From Octopus sinensis (lineage: Eukaryota), in contig NC_043001.1 of the NCBI RefSeq assembly GCF_006345805.1, positions 73,656,001 through 73,720,000 on the forward strand: a stretch of DNA of 64,000 nucleotides. Reading direction: 5' to 3'. Each line of letters opens with the position of its first letter. Positions within the stretch are counted from its first letter, which is position 1. The translations under genes and the position numbers were made by a program. The notes beneath the pieces are model-generated. The model did no database searches and was not told where the DNA came from. It was given only the letters and a program-made list of their open reading frames with translations. Shown here one piece after another: positions 12,016 through 25,125 of this stretch.

Positions 12016-13428
12016 CTGCAAATTAAATTATATATTTTCAGTTGTAATATTTGGATTATAGAATATGAACTAATACAATAACTGATAGTGTTTTCTATGT
12101 TTTGATTTGTGTTCCTTTGTCAAACATCTTCAATCAGACAGAATAAGAGTTTACCCTTATCCTCCCCAAAAAACTTTAAATTATCCCAAACAAAAAATAA
12201 AGTAAATAAAAGTTATTGCAATCACTACAGGTACAGGTGTGGCTGTGTGGTTGAGGAGTTAGCTTCCCAACCACATGGTTTTAGGTTCAGTCCCAATGCA
12301 TGGCACCTTGAACAAGTGTCTTCTACTATACCTCAGACCAACCAGAGCCTTGTGAGTGGATTATGTAGATGGAAACTGAAAAAAGCCCATCACATGTATG
12401 TATGATTGTGTCTTCTCATCTTGACATTGTATAATAGTTGTAAATAAATGCCACTGTCATACAAACTGTGTTAAACATTCCCAATATTTTGCAAAATCTT
12501 TTCTGTCCATGGAAAAACATTACCTTACTTGGACACTGATGGGGGTTAGTGACAAGAAAGGCATCCCAGTATACAAAATGTGCCTCAATAATCTGTCAGG
12601 TCCATGCAAGTATGGACAAGTGGACTTTACAACAACATTGATGGTGATGTTAACTCTTAAACACTCAAGGACAGTAATTACTTAGCCAGTAGTGGCTACT
12701 TAATTGACCAATAACTACATTTATTGGGTTACCATATGGATTTTCTACCAATTCCTTTTCTGCAATGGAACATAGTCCCTTCCATAATGGCAGTAGAATC
12801 TATGATAGGTTTACTTTGAGGTGATTTTGCTTCCAGGCTTGGCATTTCCTCTCAAATCCTCAATAATTTCAGTTGTGAGAACTAGGTCATCAACATACAG
12901 GAATTCCTAGACCATTGGTCTAAACACTTTTGATACCAACCTGTCCAAGACTGCATCTAGTTCTATGATACACACTTCGTGTTTTTAAGTGATCTAAGTT
13001 AAATTCTTTCATCAAAATTTCATGTTAAGTTCCATAATGGCAAAGTTATTTTGATAAATTTTTCATTATTTTCAAAATTAAAGGAAGCTAAGACAGCGTA
13101 TTTCAAGAGAAATATGGTTACAAAAGGGTGAAAGTCTCATGTTATGGACTGGAAACATAGGGAGTGGGTAAGAACTGGTAGACAGCAACCTGCAAGCTAG
13201 ATTTCACACTGATCTTGTTAATTCACACCTGTACATGACTTGCTCGGCTGGAACATGCCATTCAACTAGCCCTGGTTTCTTTAGCAATCACCCAACTACT
13301 GAGTATGGGACTTTGCCAAAAGCCTTTTCTGGACCAACAAATGAAAAGCAAAGCGGCATACTCCTAGGTAAGTTCTTCTGAAATTATCTGATTAGGTAGG
13401 AAGACAGCATTAGTGGTACCTCATCCTT

Positions 13429-13466
<38 letters not shown>

Positions 13467-13649
13467 AGACTACATCACATCTCTTTACTTTTTCTGTTAC
13501 ATTCATAATATCGTCTGTCAATTTTTATGCCTCAGTAATTTCCTTTCTAATGCATCTCTTTTGTTCACAGTTCACAATCATGCAACTTCATCAGACAGTG
13601 TACTATGTGATTTATGTCAATGACTTATGTTACCACCACATAAGTGAGG

Positions 13650-14960
13650 TATGAATGTATCGGGGAATGTAGGTTATTGAGCTTGTAAGGATCATAAAAC
13701 AGTGACATTTGAAATTGTGTATTGTGTATGTAAGGATCATAGAAAAATGACATTTGACTGTGGGGCATGACTTATTGGAGAATGTAGTTTATTGAATATG
13801 GAAGAAGCATTAAAACAGCAAAATGTGATCCTATTGGATAATGTAGGTTACTGTGTATGGAAGGATCATTAAGACAGCAAGGTGTGTATTGGGTATGTAA
13901 GAATCATAAAACAGTGACATAAAATTTTATCATGTAACTTCTCTCATTCCACCACCTGTGTAACAAGGCAGGTATTAGATCTACCAAACCTGTTGAGTGC
14001 TGGTGCTACAATAAAAGGAATCCCGTACAGTGTGAAGTGGTTGGTATTAGGAAATGGCACTAAACCATAGAACCATGCCAAAAATATAATGTGTGAGCAG
14101 TGTGACCCAGAACCATTTCGAAGGTCCACAACTGTACAAAGGAACTGATTAAAACTGTGATGATTTGTCCGACCCATGTTAACTTGGAAAAGCAAACATG
14201 AGATGATGATGACAATAATGATAATGATGTGACAGGGTAAAAGGGTAAAGACCCCCTTCAGTCATGACTGACCATGGGATTGCACCTAGAAAATTCCTCT
14301 CCAAGGTACAAGTCTGGGCAAGGTTTTTTATGGAAGACCAGCAGTTGCCCAGGCATACCAGCCTCCCCTCTCCATGTCACTGATGTTATCCAAAGGAAAG
14401 GCAAAGGCTGATGTAACTTGGCACTAGTGACATTACAACTCATTTCTACAGCTGAGTCAACTGGAGCAACGTGAAATAAAGTGTCTTGCTTAAGAACACA
14501 ACACTCAGACTGGTTCAGGAATTGAACTCACTACCTCATGATTGTAAGTCTGATGCTCTAACCTCTGAGCCATGTGCTCACATATTATAATGATACGATA
14601 AAACTAAATTAAAGAAATGATTGTTATTGTGAGTATGGTGATTATTAAGGCAGTAAGTTAAAAGAAACAGTGTTGAAAATGTAAAAAATTCTATGTGTTT
14701 GTGTGTGTGTGTTGAGCATTAAGACAGTGTGCTATGTTGTGTATATAATGATGATTGAAACGTTAATGTATATTTGTATGTACTGGAAAATGAAGGTTAT
14801 TCTGTTTTCTGATCAGTGAGGCAGTAAGATAAGGCTATATTTAAGAATGTAGGTAATTATCTAAGGTGATGACATCTGAGACAATGTCATACAAACAGTT
14901 ACAGAATAAAGGTTACTGTGTGACAGGTTATCAGTTACACACTGTGAGGTATGACTTCAT
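13650..14960. repeat. Degenerate tandem repeat (GAATGTAGGTTATTG...AAGGATCATAAAACAG), split by a SINE
   Basis: Recurrent units at 13650-13925 with weaker traces at 14700-14960. Confidence 0.55.
14215..14578 (-). repeat. tRNA-head SINE, further family (partial copies near 15085-15270 and 50430-50720)
   Basis: Minus-strand head with GAGTTCAATTCC B-box-like motif; TTTCACGTTGCTCCAG body shared between copies. Confidence 0.65.
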
Positions 14961-16820
14961 TAACGAATGTATGATGATGATTAAAATACTATAGTATCAT
15001 TATCCTGGAGAAATTATGCTGTGAGTGAAGAATGTCAAATGTATAAAAGGAATGTCGAGCATTTGAAATTGTTGGAAGCAGTGGCAGTGAAATTGCATGG
15101 CCTAGTGGTTAGGGTGTTGCACACTCAATTGCAAGATTATGGTTTCAATTTCTGAACTGGGTGGTGTGTCGTGTTCTTAAGCAAAACACTTCATTTCACA
15201 CTGCTCCAGTCCAATCAGCTGTAAATGAATAACCCTGCAATGCACTGGTGTTTTGTTCAGGGGGAATGTTGTGAGTTTGGTCGTTTATCGTCATCATTTA
15301 TTTAATGTCTGTTAGCCATGCTAGCATGGGTTGGATGGTCTGAGAGGAGCTGGCAAACCAGAGGACTATGCTGAACTCTACTATCAACTTTGGGATGGTC
15401 TCTATGGCTTATGCTCTTCCTAATGCCAACCTCCTTGATTATGATGAAGATGAGGAGGATGAGGATGAAGGTGTGACAGGAACAGAGCCAGAAAGACAGT
15501 GAGTTAAGTGGTGAAGACTGAATTCAAGAAATTGAACTTCATGAAGGAGCTGTTAAAGAACTATGATGAGTGGTGATTCACAGGAAAAGATCCATGCACC
15601 AGGGGGAGCATAGTTAAATGGTTGTTGAAATAGCGGTAGTGGTAAAGGATACTATGTATATGGGGGATCTTATGCCCATTATATTCCTGATTGTCTCCAT
15701 CAATTGGAGAATGTAAGCTACTGTATATGTTATTCTTTGGGGGTTCAGTTGATACCTGTGTATGTGGGTATTTTGAAAATACCTCAAGGAGTGATGACCA
15801 TGTCCTGTATAGTTACAGGCTGCCCTTTGGCAAGATAAAGCACTCATTCAGGGATATGGCAAAGTTATGTGACTGCAGTATGGTGAACTCAATTGAGCCA
15901 ACAGTGCTTCTTACATTCATGCTGAGCAGAGGAATCCTAGAAAATCAATGTTCAGGATCACCAAGACCTATCAAGATATTATCTGAAATGCCTCCATGGT
16001 TGTGTAATCAGCTAATGAAAGATTCACTATGACTCAAGCTCCCAATTAAAATTCAAAATAGAATTGGACAGCGACAAAGAATCATGGGAATCTGTGAAAG
16101 TAGAGAAAAAAAATGTTGATACCAGCAACAACCATACTTGACTGACCTCCAGAAGGATGAAAGGTAAAACTGACCTTGATAGAATTCAAATTCAGAACAT
16201 AAAAAGCAGGAAGAAATACTGTGAAGAATTTTGTTCAACTGCAGTAATGGTTCTGCTGGCTCACCATCTAAATAAATGATGGTTTCAAATTTGGCATAAG
16301 GACAGCAATTTTAGGGGAAGGGGATAAGTTTATTACATCAGTCTCAATGTTCAATTGGTACATATTTTATTGACCCCAGACAGATGAAAAGCAAAGCTGA
16401 CCTTGGTAAGATTTGAATGGAAAATATAAGAGACGGAAGAAATGCTGTTAAGCATTTTGCCAGCATGTTAACAATTCTACCAGCTTGCTACCATAATAAA
16501 TGACAATGATAATTCCTTCATTTAATAATAATTGTTTCTAATTTAGAAATAAGGCCAACAAATTTGAGGGGAGGGGCTTAGTCAACACCACTGGTCCCAG
16601 TACTTGACTGGCACTTTAATTTATCAAACCATAAAAGGATGAAAGGCACAGTTAACCTCAACTGAATTTGAACTTGTAAAGAACAGGAAGTAATACAGAA
16701 AAGCATTTTTTCTAATGTTCTGATGATTCTGCCAATCTGGAATTTAAAGGTTGAGCATTGTAACGATTTAGAATTCAAAACAAAAGTTTGCAATTTCAAA
16801 CTGAGGAAGCGTTAACTTAC

Positions 16821-16902
16821 CTTAACTACACTAATGGGTTTCCTTGAAAGATGATATGATGAATAGCATAAAAAAGTAGATACCATAATGAAGAGTTTAT
16901 AT
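16821..16902 (-). CDS. SLC37A2: SLC37A1/2-like exon 2 (YKLFIMVSTFLCYSSYHLSRKPISVVK)
   Basis: ttctttgcag acceptor and AAG|GTAAGT donor; YH-x-SRKPIS-x-VK is the SLC37A1/2 TM1 signature; 82 nt, phase 2 to 0. Confidence 0.95.
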
Positions 16903-17785
16903 CTGCAAAGAACAACATTATCATTAGATTTTGGTTTATAATGTGAGTGTGTGTTTGTATATCTATAATTATATATGAAAATCGTGATTATAAGATGACA
17001 GTTCTTTTAGAGAGACACCTGATAAAATTTCATCTTTTAATCATCTTCAGTTGGTTGTTAATTCTTTTTTAACAAATTAGATATTAGGATTTCCTTACCG
17101 TCTGGTTTATGTGTTACAGTTTTGCCCCTGCAACCTCCACCCTCTATCTTTTCTTCATTCCATTCGCTCTAATAAAAGACTGGAGATGGCAACGGAACTT
17201 CTATGTAATTTCTTTGCCAACTCAATGTATCAGCCAAAATTCACACAACAAACTACCATGTGGTCCCTTAAAATAGGGAGCACATGTTTTAAATATTAAA
17301 TCTCAGAACAAGATACCTCAATTCAGACAGTCCCAGCAAGAAATACAGACAGCTCCAGCTACTTTGTTCAATCAGCTAACCCCATATGCATAACTTGCAA
17401 AAATTATTTAACATCAAACAACTTACTTGTTTTTTCAAATGTAATACTTTACTCCCAAAAGTAGTATTGAGATTGCTAACCTCTTATTCACAGTTTCATT
17501 TCAAACAGAACTATAGCGATGAAATATTCAAAATTGAATGCTAAAAAATATTTCAGATCAAATATTTTAAATGTACAAATATAATATGGGTTAAATGGTT
17601 TCATTTGATCATAGTTCGTAGTAATACTTTCCTTAAACTTAGGATTAACATATCTCGATTTTAAAGGGAGTAGAACTTTGTTGAAAGACAGTTGGTTACA
17701 TTGAACTAGTTGTGCAACTTGCATGATGACTTAACCAAATTTAAGGTTTCACAACTAGGAAGACTATCCAGACAGAATATCAGCT

Positions 17786-17879
17786 TTAACCCTTTTGATA
17801 CCATCTCATCTGAAATAGCCCATAGTTTGAACTTTAAAGAGGCCGAATAGTTTGGCTGATTTAAATACTAAAGGGTTAA
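17786..17879. mobile_element. piggyBac-type MITE (internally deleted)
   Basis: TTAA-CCCTTT...AAAGGG-TTAA termini. Confidence 0.6.
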
Positions 17880-18505
17880 TATAAGCAAGGAATTTGGTAG
17901 GGGGAAATCAATAAACAGGTCTGTATTTTGAAAGAGAATAATGATTTTTAATTCAAACAATTTTGCTGATATAGATTTTTTTCAAACAAAGGGACAGGTG
18001 TGCATATCATTAAAAATAAAAATAATCTGTCCTCTCTGGTTGCTAGCTGTTCTCATTTGCCTAACATTAATATTTTACATATATATTTGATAAAGATATC
18101 AATAAGGTGTAATTCTGTCATTTTGTGCCATTTCTTGAAAGGGGGGAAATTATGTCTATAATTTGAAGAGGTCCTCCTAAAAAGAACAAAATATAAATGG
18201 AATAAGACTTAAAATTTCATATCACATTATATTTTGTGAGCAAAAGGCCAAGCAGAAAAAAAATTTCCAGTAGAGAGTTTTAATGTGAGTTGTCAGTAAT
18301 GAAATGATGGGAGAAAGGGAGATGTTTATGATTATGTTGATCTACAGTGAATAAATAAAAATAAAGATAGTTTTCATCAACAGCCAATTAGTGGGAAAAA
18401 AAACTCTTCAGTTTGAACATGTGTAAGAAATTACAATGGACACTGTTTGTAGAATTAACCTTTCTATAACCATATTTCTAATAAATTATATGGTTCACGT
18501 ATTTC

Positions 18506-18965
18506 ATTATTTACATGATTTACATTTGACAGATATTTGTCCTCATCTTGTTTGTTGTTAACACGTTTCAGCTGATATACTCTCCATCCTTCATCAGGTG
18601 TCTTGGGGAAATTTTGAACCTGGTTTCTCATTCCTAAGGTATTTTTCAATGTTATTATTATTCAGGTCACTGCCTGGAATCGAACTCAGAATCTTGAGGT
18701 TAGTAGCCCATGCTCTTAACCACTATGCTATATGTCTGGGCATATGGTGTAGTGGTTAAGATTCCAAGTTTGATACCAGGCAATGGTCTGAATAATAGTA
18801 ATAATAATAAAAATAACATTGAAAAATACCTTAGGAATGAGAACCCAGGTTCGAAATTTCCCCAAGGCACCTGATGAAGGCTGTAGAGTATATCAGCCAA
18901 AACGTTGTGTTAACAACAAACAAGATGAGGGCAAATATCCGTCTAATGTAAATAATGTACATAAT
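18506..18965. mobile_element. Head-to-head palindromic element: tRNA-like Pol III head + (TAA)n linker + HHR-containing tail in each arm
   Basis: Arms 18506-18736 and 18739-18965 are reverse complements; A box TAGCATAGTGG and B box GTTCGATTC in the left arm; CTGATGA/GAAAC motifs in the tails. Confidence 0.8.
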
Positions 18966-19074
18966 TCCTCATCTCTCAAATATAGAACTGTATCACATAT
19001 TTCAATTGTTTTTTTTTAATGGCCTAAAATTTAAATATATTTTATAAAACAACAAACTTTTTTTTTATTTAGTT

Positions 19075-19407
19075 AAATGGTTCTCAACTGGAATTCATAT
19101 GACTCCTGGTGGTCCATGTAAGACTTTTGGAGGTTCATGCAAGTAAAATAGTAAATTGAGGATCCACAGTAAGGGTCCATGAAAATATTTTGCTTTAGAT
19201 GTATTTATTGCAAGAAACAGCTAAGTTTCTTTCTCTAACGCTTTACGTAGTTCAACCTATACAAGGTAATGTGTGAAAAACAAAATAGGAAATTTTGTAA
19301 GAAGCTTCTATAAAACTAGTTTTTAAACATCAAATGACTATGGAGGTCCACCAGAACAGAATAGTAATCAAAGGGGTCCACAGGCAAAAAATGGTTGAGA
19401 ACCACTG
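19075..19407. mobile_element. hAT (Charlie-type) MITE
   Basis: TIR (CAG)TGGTTCTCAAC / GTTGAGAACCACTG; exact 8-bp TSD ATTTAGTT at 19067-19074 and 19408-19415. Confidence 0.9.
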
Positions 19408-22294
19408 ATTTAGTTGGTGATTGTAACATTTAATAAACGTTTTTTTAAATGAAATTTTCATTAAAGGTTTTAATTAACATATAGCACTTTAAGATGTGAG
19501 GTTTTATGTGCTAAAACCAGAAGTGGTGTCAGACAAGTTAGTATTAAAGGGGCTGATATAAATCCTAGGAAATATATTATTCTTCATTTGTTCTGATAAT
19601 TCTCATATTTGAAATTAAGTTTACCTCTTTTAAAAACTATCACAGTTTTTCTGTAGCTCTGGTTAAACAAATATTCAAATTTAAACAGCTATTTGTATGC
19701 TTAACTCTTTTGTTAGCATATTTCTGTAAAACAAGAAGGTTTTTCTTTCTTTGAAAATAATGAAGGATTTAGTAAATAACTGCTATTATTAAGCTGGTGT
19801 TTGGAACATACCTGGGCTTTACTCTCATTCAACACAACAGCTGAAGGTTGGCAGAAGCCTCATAGCTGGCCTTGAACCAGATGGCTGGACATGATTGGGG
19901 AAGACCTCCAGAGGCTGAACATCACTTTGGAGGATACAGAGGGGCTGGCACAGGAGTGTCAGTGATGGAGAGCATTGATGGACCTGGTCGGCTCTATGCA
20001 TGATGATGTCTCTGGGACCACTAACCTGAGATGACTTAAGCCCCATCAAGGAAGAGCAAGCAGCAGCATCAGAATATTGAGGTTTTATATAGGTAGCTGA
20101 TGGTCCAGCACTTTCTTTAATCTGGATAAATTATAGGGAAACTTGAAATTCTTGTGACTGCCAGTCTAGTTCAGTGTGCACCCAAATGTGGCACTATGTG
20201 TACTCTGTGTTTACATGCATTATTTACATTGTACTAGTTAGTGGCAGCATTTGTTACTTTTAAGAGTTCCTCTGCTTATTTAACTTAAAGTTACCCAAAG
20301 CTATGGCTACTACAAGTAAGAGAAATGAGAGCATCTGTGGTTGTGTCAGATGTAAACTACAAATGTTTAAAGAAGAATGTGCAAAACAAAAAAAAAAGCT
20401 CTTAATTCAGGAACCACAGAGCAAGATATCAAGAGTTGAAGAATTTAAATTACAGACCTCACTAGTGTTGATGTCATGAAAAGAAGGCACCCAGCACACG
20501 GTGAAAAGTGACTGGCATTCAGAAAGGCACCTAGCCATCAAAGCTGTACCTAAGCTGACATTGGAACTCGATGTAGTCCTAGGGTTGTGGGATCCTGTCA
20601 AACTGTTCAGCCCATGTCAGCATCAAGACAAGCATTAAATAATGATGATGATGATGATGTATCTAAATGAACAGATACAGAAATAACATTCTCTCATCTC
20701 TGACAACCTGTAGCTCACTTATATATGTTATTAATAACAAAGCAGATAAAGTGAGATTTTCTTACAGTTTTAATAGATTTAAATCCCAGTACAAAGTCTT
20801 TATCAAGCCATAGACTTCAAAAATATTTCAGTTTTTCCATTAAAAACAGTTTCAGCTGCTTAAGGTTTGTAACACACATTATACACACACACACTCTCAC
20901 ATATGGCACCTTGATGTACACCACAGCAAAATTATTAATGCTTCCCCCACCCAACTGAAGAGGTTTTTGTCTTGAAGAGCCCTCATGCTGGTCCATGTAA
21001 AAAATACCTGTGCTGGTGCCTTGTGAAAAGGCACCCAACATACTCAGTAAAGTAGTTGGCATTAGGAATGACATCCAGCCATGGAAACCAAACCAAATCA
21101 GGCTGGAACTTGGTATAGCTCTCCAGCTTGTCAGCTCTGGTTAAACTGTCCAACCCACACTAGCATGGAAAGTGGACGTTAAATGATGATGAAGATATAA
21201 ATAGATATACATATATATCATCATCATCATTTAATGTCTGTTTTCCATGCTGACATGGGTTGGATGGTTTGATGGGGCCTGGCGAAGCAGAAGACTGCAC
21301 CAGGCTTCACTGTCTGTCTTGGCAGGGTTTTTATGGTTGAATGTCCTTCCTAACATCAACCACATTACATATATATGCATATATAAATACACACACACAC
21401 ACATATGAATGAGCAGCAGAGATAGAGTAGGGTTAAGCACATCTAATGAATTTGTTTGAAATATTCCTGATGAATAAATAAGTATGAAGAGGTGGTTTTT
21501 ACGTCGACTGGATTACTACATTAAATGTGTAGTTTAAGTTCAGGAAAATGAGCAGTAAAACCAAGTAAAAATGGTGTGGTTGAATTTAGAGACATGATTT
21601 TATTGTAGTCAAAATAGTGGCAGAGGAAGAACAGAGATCAATAATAGTTCAAAGAAGTGAAAATACATTCACAAGGAAAGGCTTCTGTATGTTGACTATG
21701 ACTTTAATAGTGAGCACTATTAACAACAAATACAAGTGAAATAATGTCACTAAAAAAGAAGAGCAAAGAGTAAAGGAAATAAATCAATAATAATAATAAT
21801 CCTTTCTACTATAGGCACAAGGCCTGAAATTCTGCGGGAGGGGACTAGTTGATTACATTGACCCCAGTGTTTGACTGGTACTTATTTTATTGATCTCAAA
21901 GGGATGAAAGACAAAATTAACCTCACCGAAATTTGAACTCAGAACGTTGTGATGTGCGAAATACCACTAAGCATTTTGCCCGGTGTGCTAACAATTCTGT
22001 CAGCTCGCTACCTTAATAATAATAATGATGATGATGATGATTTCATTTATTTGCTACCAGGGTGAAGGATGAGGGGACAATACAATGACAGAAATAAAGT
22101 GTGGGGGTTTACATATAATGAAATAAGATAATTATATATATAAAAAAAAGAGAAATGTAAGAATAATGGAAAGAGAAGGACTTATACAGAGGTTTAAAAA
22201 AAGGGGGAGGGGATGATAGAGATGTAGCCCTAATAATAATACTAATGCAGTACTAGACAGTGACTCTCATGGGTTCTTAAATGATGGGAAGTGT

Positions 22295-22750
22295 TAACAT
22301 GTACATGTTTTGTCTTGGTGTGAAAGATGGGCTATAGCAAATATTCTGCTTAATACCACAGATTTGCTAATCAGTTGCTTGACCATAACCAGTTAAGTAT
22401 GTCCCTTGGTGGCTGATGATATGCACATCTCTAATCATGAACAAGAGTAGTTGGGGAGTATCATAACCATGCACTGAAAGAAATTCTTTGGAGTTTGAAT
22501 AATTCATTTCTGGAAATATGGGTGTTTTGTTCATCATCCTTAAATATCCCTTATTCAGGGATTTGAGCAGGATGGGCTACTTGTCCTGAATAAAATTCTA
22601 ACTGGGTTCCACCTGTAAGGTCATGTGCTGTTTATCTTGATATGAAATCACCATGTTGTGCATATATGGTTGTGATGCATGTACTTGGTGTACTCTTATC
22701 AGACATGTAGTCATGATGGGCTTCATACACTTGTAACCTAGTGTCACTTT
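22295..22750. repeat. Interspersed repeat, unclassified (partial copy near 1530-1740)
   Basis: Shared TATTCTGCT-AATACCACA...GATATG-CATCTCT...CATCATA-CCAT motifs. Confidence 0.6.
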
Positions 22751-23060
22751 AATTGTTTGTACTTCTCCCTCAACTCAACAATAACAATAATTTCTAATTT
22801 TGGCACAAAGTCAGTGATCTTTCAAGAATGTGGTTAGTTGATTATCTCAACCACAGTGATCAACTGGTACTAATAATCAATAACATTTGTTGCAAGCAAA
22901 ATTTCACACTATAAGGCCCCAAAAATGTAACCTTTTTAGATGGATAGGTTGTGGAGCCATCTAATGTGACTACTCAGAAGGCTATAATATCATTTGACAG
23001 GAACATGGTATAAAGAAATACATGGAACAAAGTGGTAACTTTAAATATCTTTAATGTGGC

Positions 23061-23124
<64 letters not shown>

Positions 23125-24004
23125 AGCTGAATGATAAGTGGAGATGGTTTGATGCGTGGAGGCCATGGTCTTCTCCTGTGCATTGCTTCCTATCTACTCA
23201 CTGGCGTGTGGTGTGAGAGAGAGACTAGATCACGTTTTTACTGTCTGACATCTTGGCAAGAAAAAAGAAAAGAGATGAATCTCTGAACCTTAATGTTCCT
23301 TAATGCTCTCTATGTGCCAGTTTGTTTAAACCCGCCGTCAAGGGAGGTAACTGCACCTACACCTTAATCTATTTCAGAATAAATTTAAAAAAGCTTGTAT
23401 TAATTAGATTTATAATCAATACAGTTTCAGAATGTAGAGGTATGTTACTAAATACTGCAAGTATTTACATCATCACAACCAGTTCTGTGTATACACTGTC
23501 CTTTTAATAATAATAATAACTATTATTATTCTTTCTAATTCTGACACAAGGCGAGCAATTTTAGAGAGAAGGAATTATTCAGTTACACCAGCCCTAGTGT
23601 TTTTGATTGGTGATTGGAGCTTTATTTTATTGCTCCTGAAAACATGAAAGACAAAGTTGATCTTGGAGGGATTTGAACGCAAAACATAAAGAGTTGGAAA
23701 AAATGCAACCAAGCTTTTTCTCCTATATGCTAACAATTCAGACAGCTCACTGTCTTAATAATAGTAATAATCCCTTCTACTCTAGGCACAAGGCCTGAAA
23801 TTTTGGGGTAGGGGGCTAGTGGATTACATCGACCCCAATGTGTAACTGGTAATTATTTCATCAACCCTGAAAAAATGAAAGGTAAAGATGACCTTGGCAG
23901 AATTTGAACTCAGAATGTAAGGATGGATGAAATGCCACTAAGCATTTTGCCTGGCATGCTAATGATTCTGCCAGCTTGTCACCTTAAATAATAATAATAA
24001 TATA

Positions 24005-24600
24005 ACAATATTTTCTTTATTAACCACAACGGGTTCACAAAAAACGTTGGAGATAGTACACGACAATATAATGTGTGGTTACATAAAAGGCATGTAAAAA
24101 GTTTATAAAGAAAAACAGTAGCAATATAAAATAATGATAATGAATAATTCTTCAAAAGAGGGAAACTTTCTAGGGTTGCTTATGAAGACCCTACAAAAAT
24201 CATGGTTGCCTTGATCACTAGGACAAGTGCCTTCTCCACATTGCCCTTCTTCAACTCACAAGTGCATGCTTAGAGTAGACTTGTTTACTTGGACTATTCT
24301 TGCAACATTCACCCACCTTTTAAGAAGATTGCTGGGAGGTAGCACTTCCCTCTCCACCCCACTTTTCCTTTCCAAGTGAAACTTGAAAAAGTTGATGACA
24401 TCTAGGCCAAAAAGGAAAGCATCTGTCTTCAGTCCTTTCAATGTGGTCCATCACACAACCGCTTTCACTAAGGCTATCAAGCAAAAAAAAGACAGCCTGC
24501 CCATCTCAGCCAAAGGAAGGTGGTGGAACTATTTTCACAATGGACTTAACATGATAGCTAGATCTGTCCTACAAGTGACAGCAAGCATTTGACATAAACC
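24005..24600 (-). mobile_element. L1/Tx1-like LINE 3' remnant
   Basis: Minus-strand V*WTTLKGLKTDAFLFGLDVINFFKFHLERKSGVEREVL...RWVNVA resembles Tx1-type ORF2 C-termini; A-rich 3' region. Confidence 0.5.
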
Positions 24601-24860
24601 CACAAGTCAGAAATGCATGGGAACTGGACAAGAGTGTGCAGAACAGCTTAATAATAATAAAACTGCTCTTTTGGGGACAGCAAAGATTTTGAGATTGGCA
24701 CTTGGGTGTTAAGTATCTTCCATGATACTTAACATCTCGCTACCAAGTCTTATAATTTGTGGAAAAAGACCCTGAGAGACCTTTGAAAAGAGCTCGCTGT
24801 TTGCTCTCAAGGAATTAACAACAGCAAGTAAGGTCGAGAGCTCTAAGAAATAAAAATTAA
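24600..24860 (+). mobile_element. 3' terminal fragment of a second, different R4/Dong-like LINE
   Basis: KTALLGTAKILRLALGC* at 24659-24712 matches the R4 C-terminus; followed by a 3'UTR and (TGA)/(TAA) tail. Confidence 0.6.
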
Positions 24861-25125
24861 TGATGATGATAATAATAATAATAATAATCCTTTCTACTTT
24901 AGGCACAAAGCCTGAAATTTTGAGTGAGAGGGCTAGTCAATTATATTGACCCCAGTGTGTAACTAGCACTTATTTCATTGACCCTGAAAGGATGAAAAGT
25001 AAAGTCAACCTTGGTGGAATTTGAACTCAGAATGTAAAGATGAATGAAATGCCATTAAGCATTTTGCCCAGCATGCTAACGATTCTGCCAGCTTGCCACC
25101 TTAATAATAATAATAATAATAATAA

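Larger units (their letters stand above)
21799..25101 (-). repeat. Cluster of four same-orientation tRNA-derived SINEs (about 21799-22013, 23530-23756, 23771-23986, 24889-25101), each flanked by (TAA)n
   Basis: Shared head AAGGTGGCGAGCTGGCAGAATCGTTAGC, core GGTCGACTTTGCCTTTCATCC (Meta/MESC-like domain, tentative) and tail AGAAAGGATTATT. Confidence 0.85.

Noticed and set aside
15614-16032. ORFs of 77-113 aa in a GC-richer patch
   Set aside because: No recognisable motif or splice structure; probably decayed TE sequence.
18660-18790. Possible real tRNA genes
   Set aside because: A and B boxes are present but there is no complete cloverleaf or acceptor stem; these are SINE-type heads. The same applies to the other SINE heads.
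21786-25101. Idea that the TAA-flanked SINEs are mobilised by the adjacent Dong element
   Set aside because: The SINE 3' end shares no sequence with the Dong 3'UTR, and its tail is (ATT)n on the sense strand, opposite to Dong's (TAA)n.
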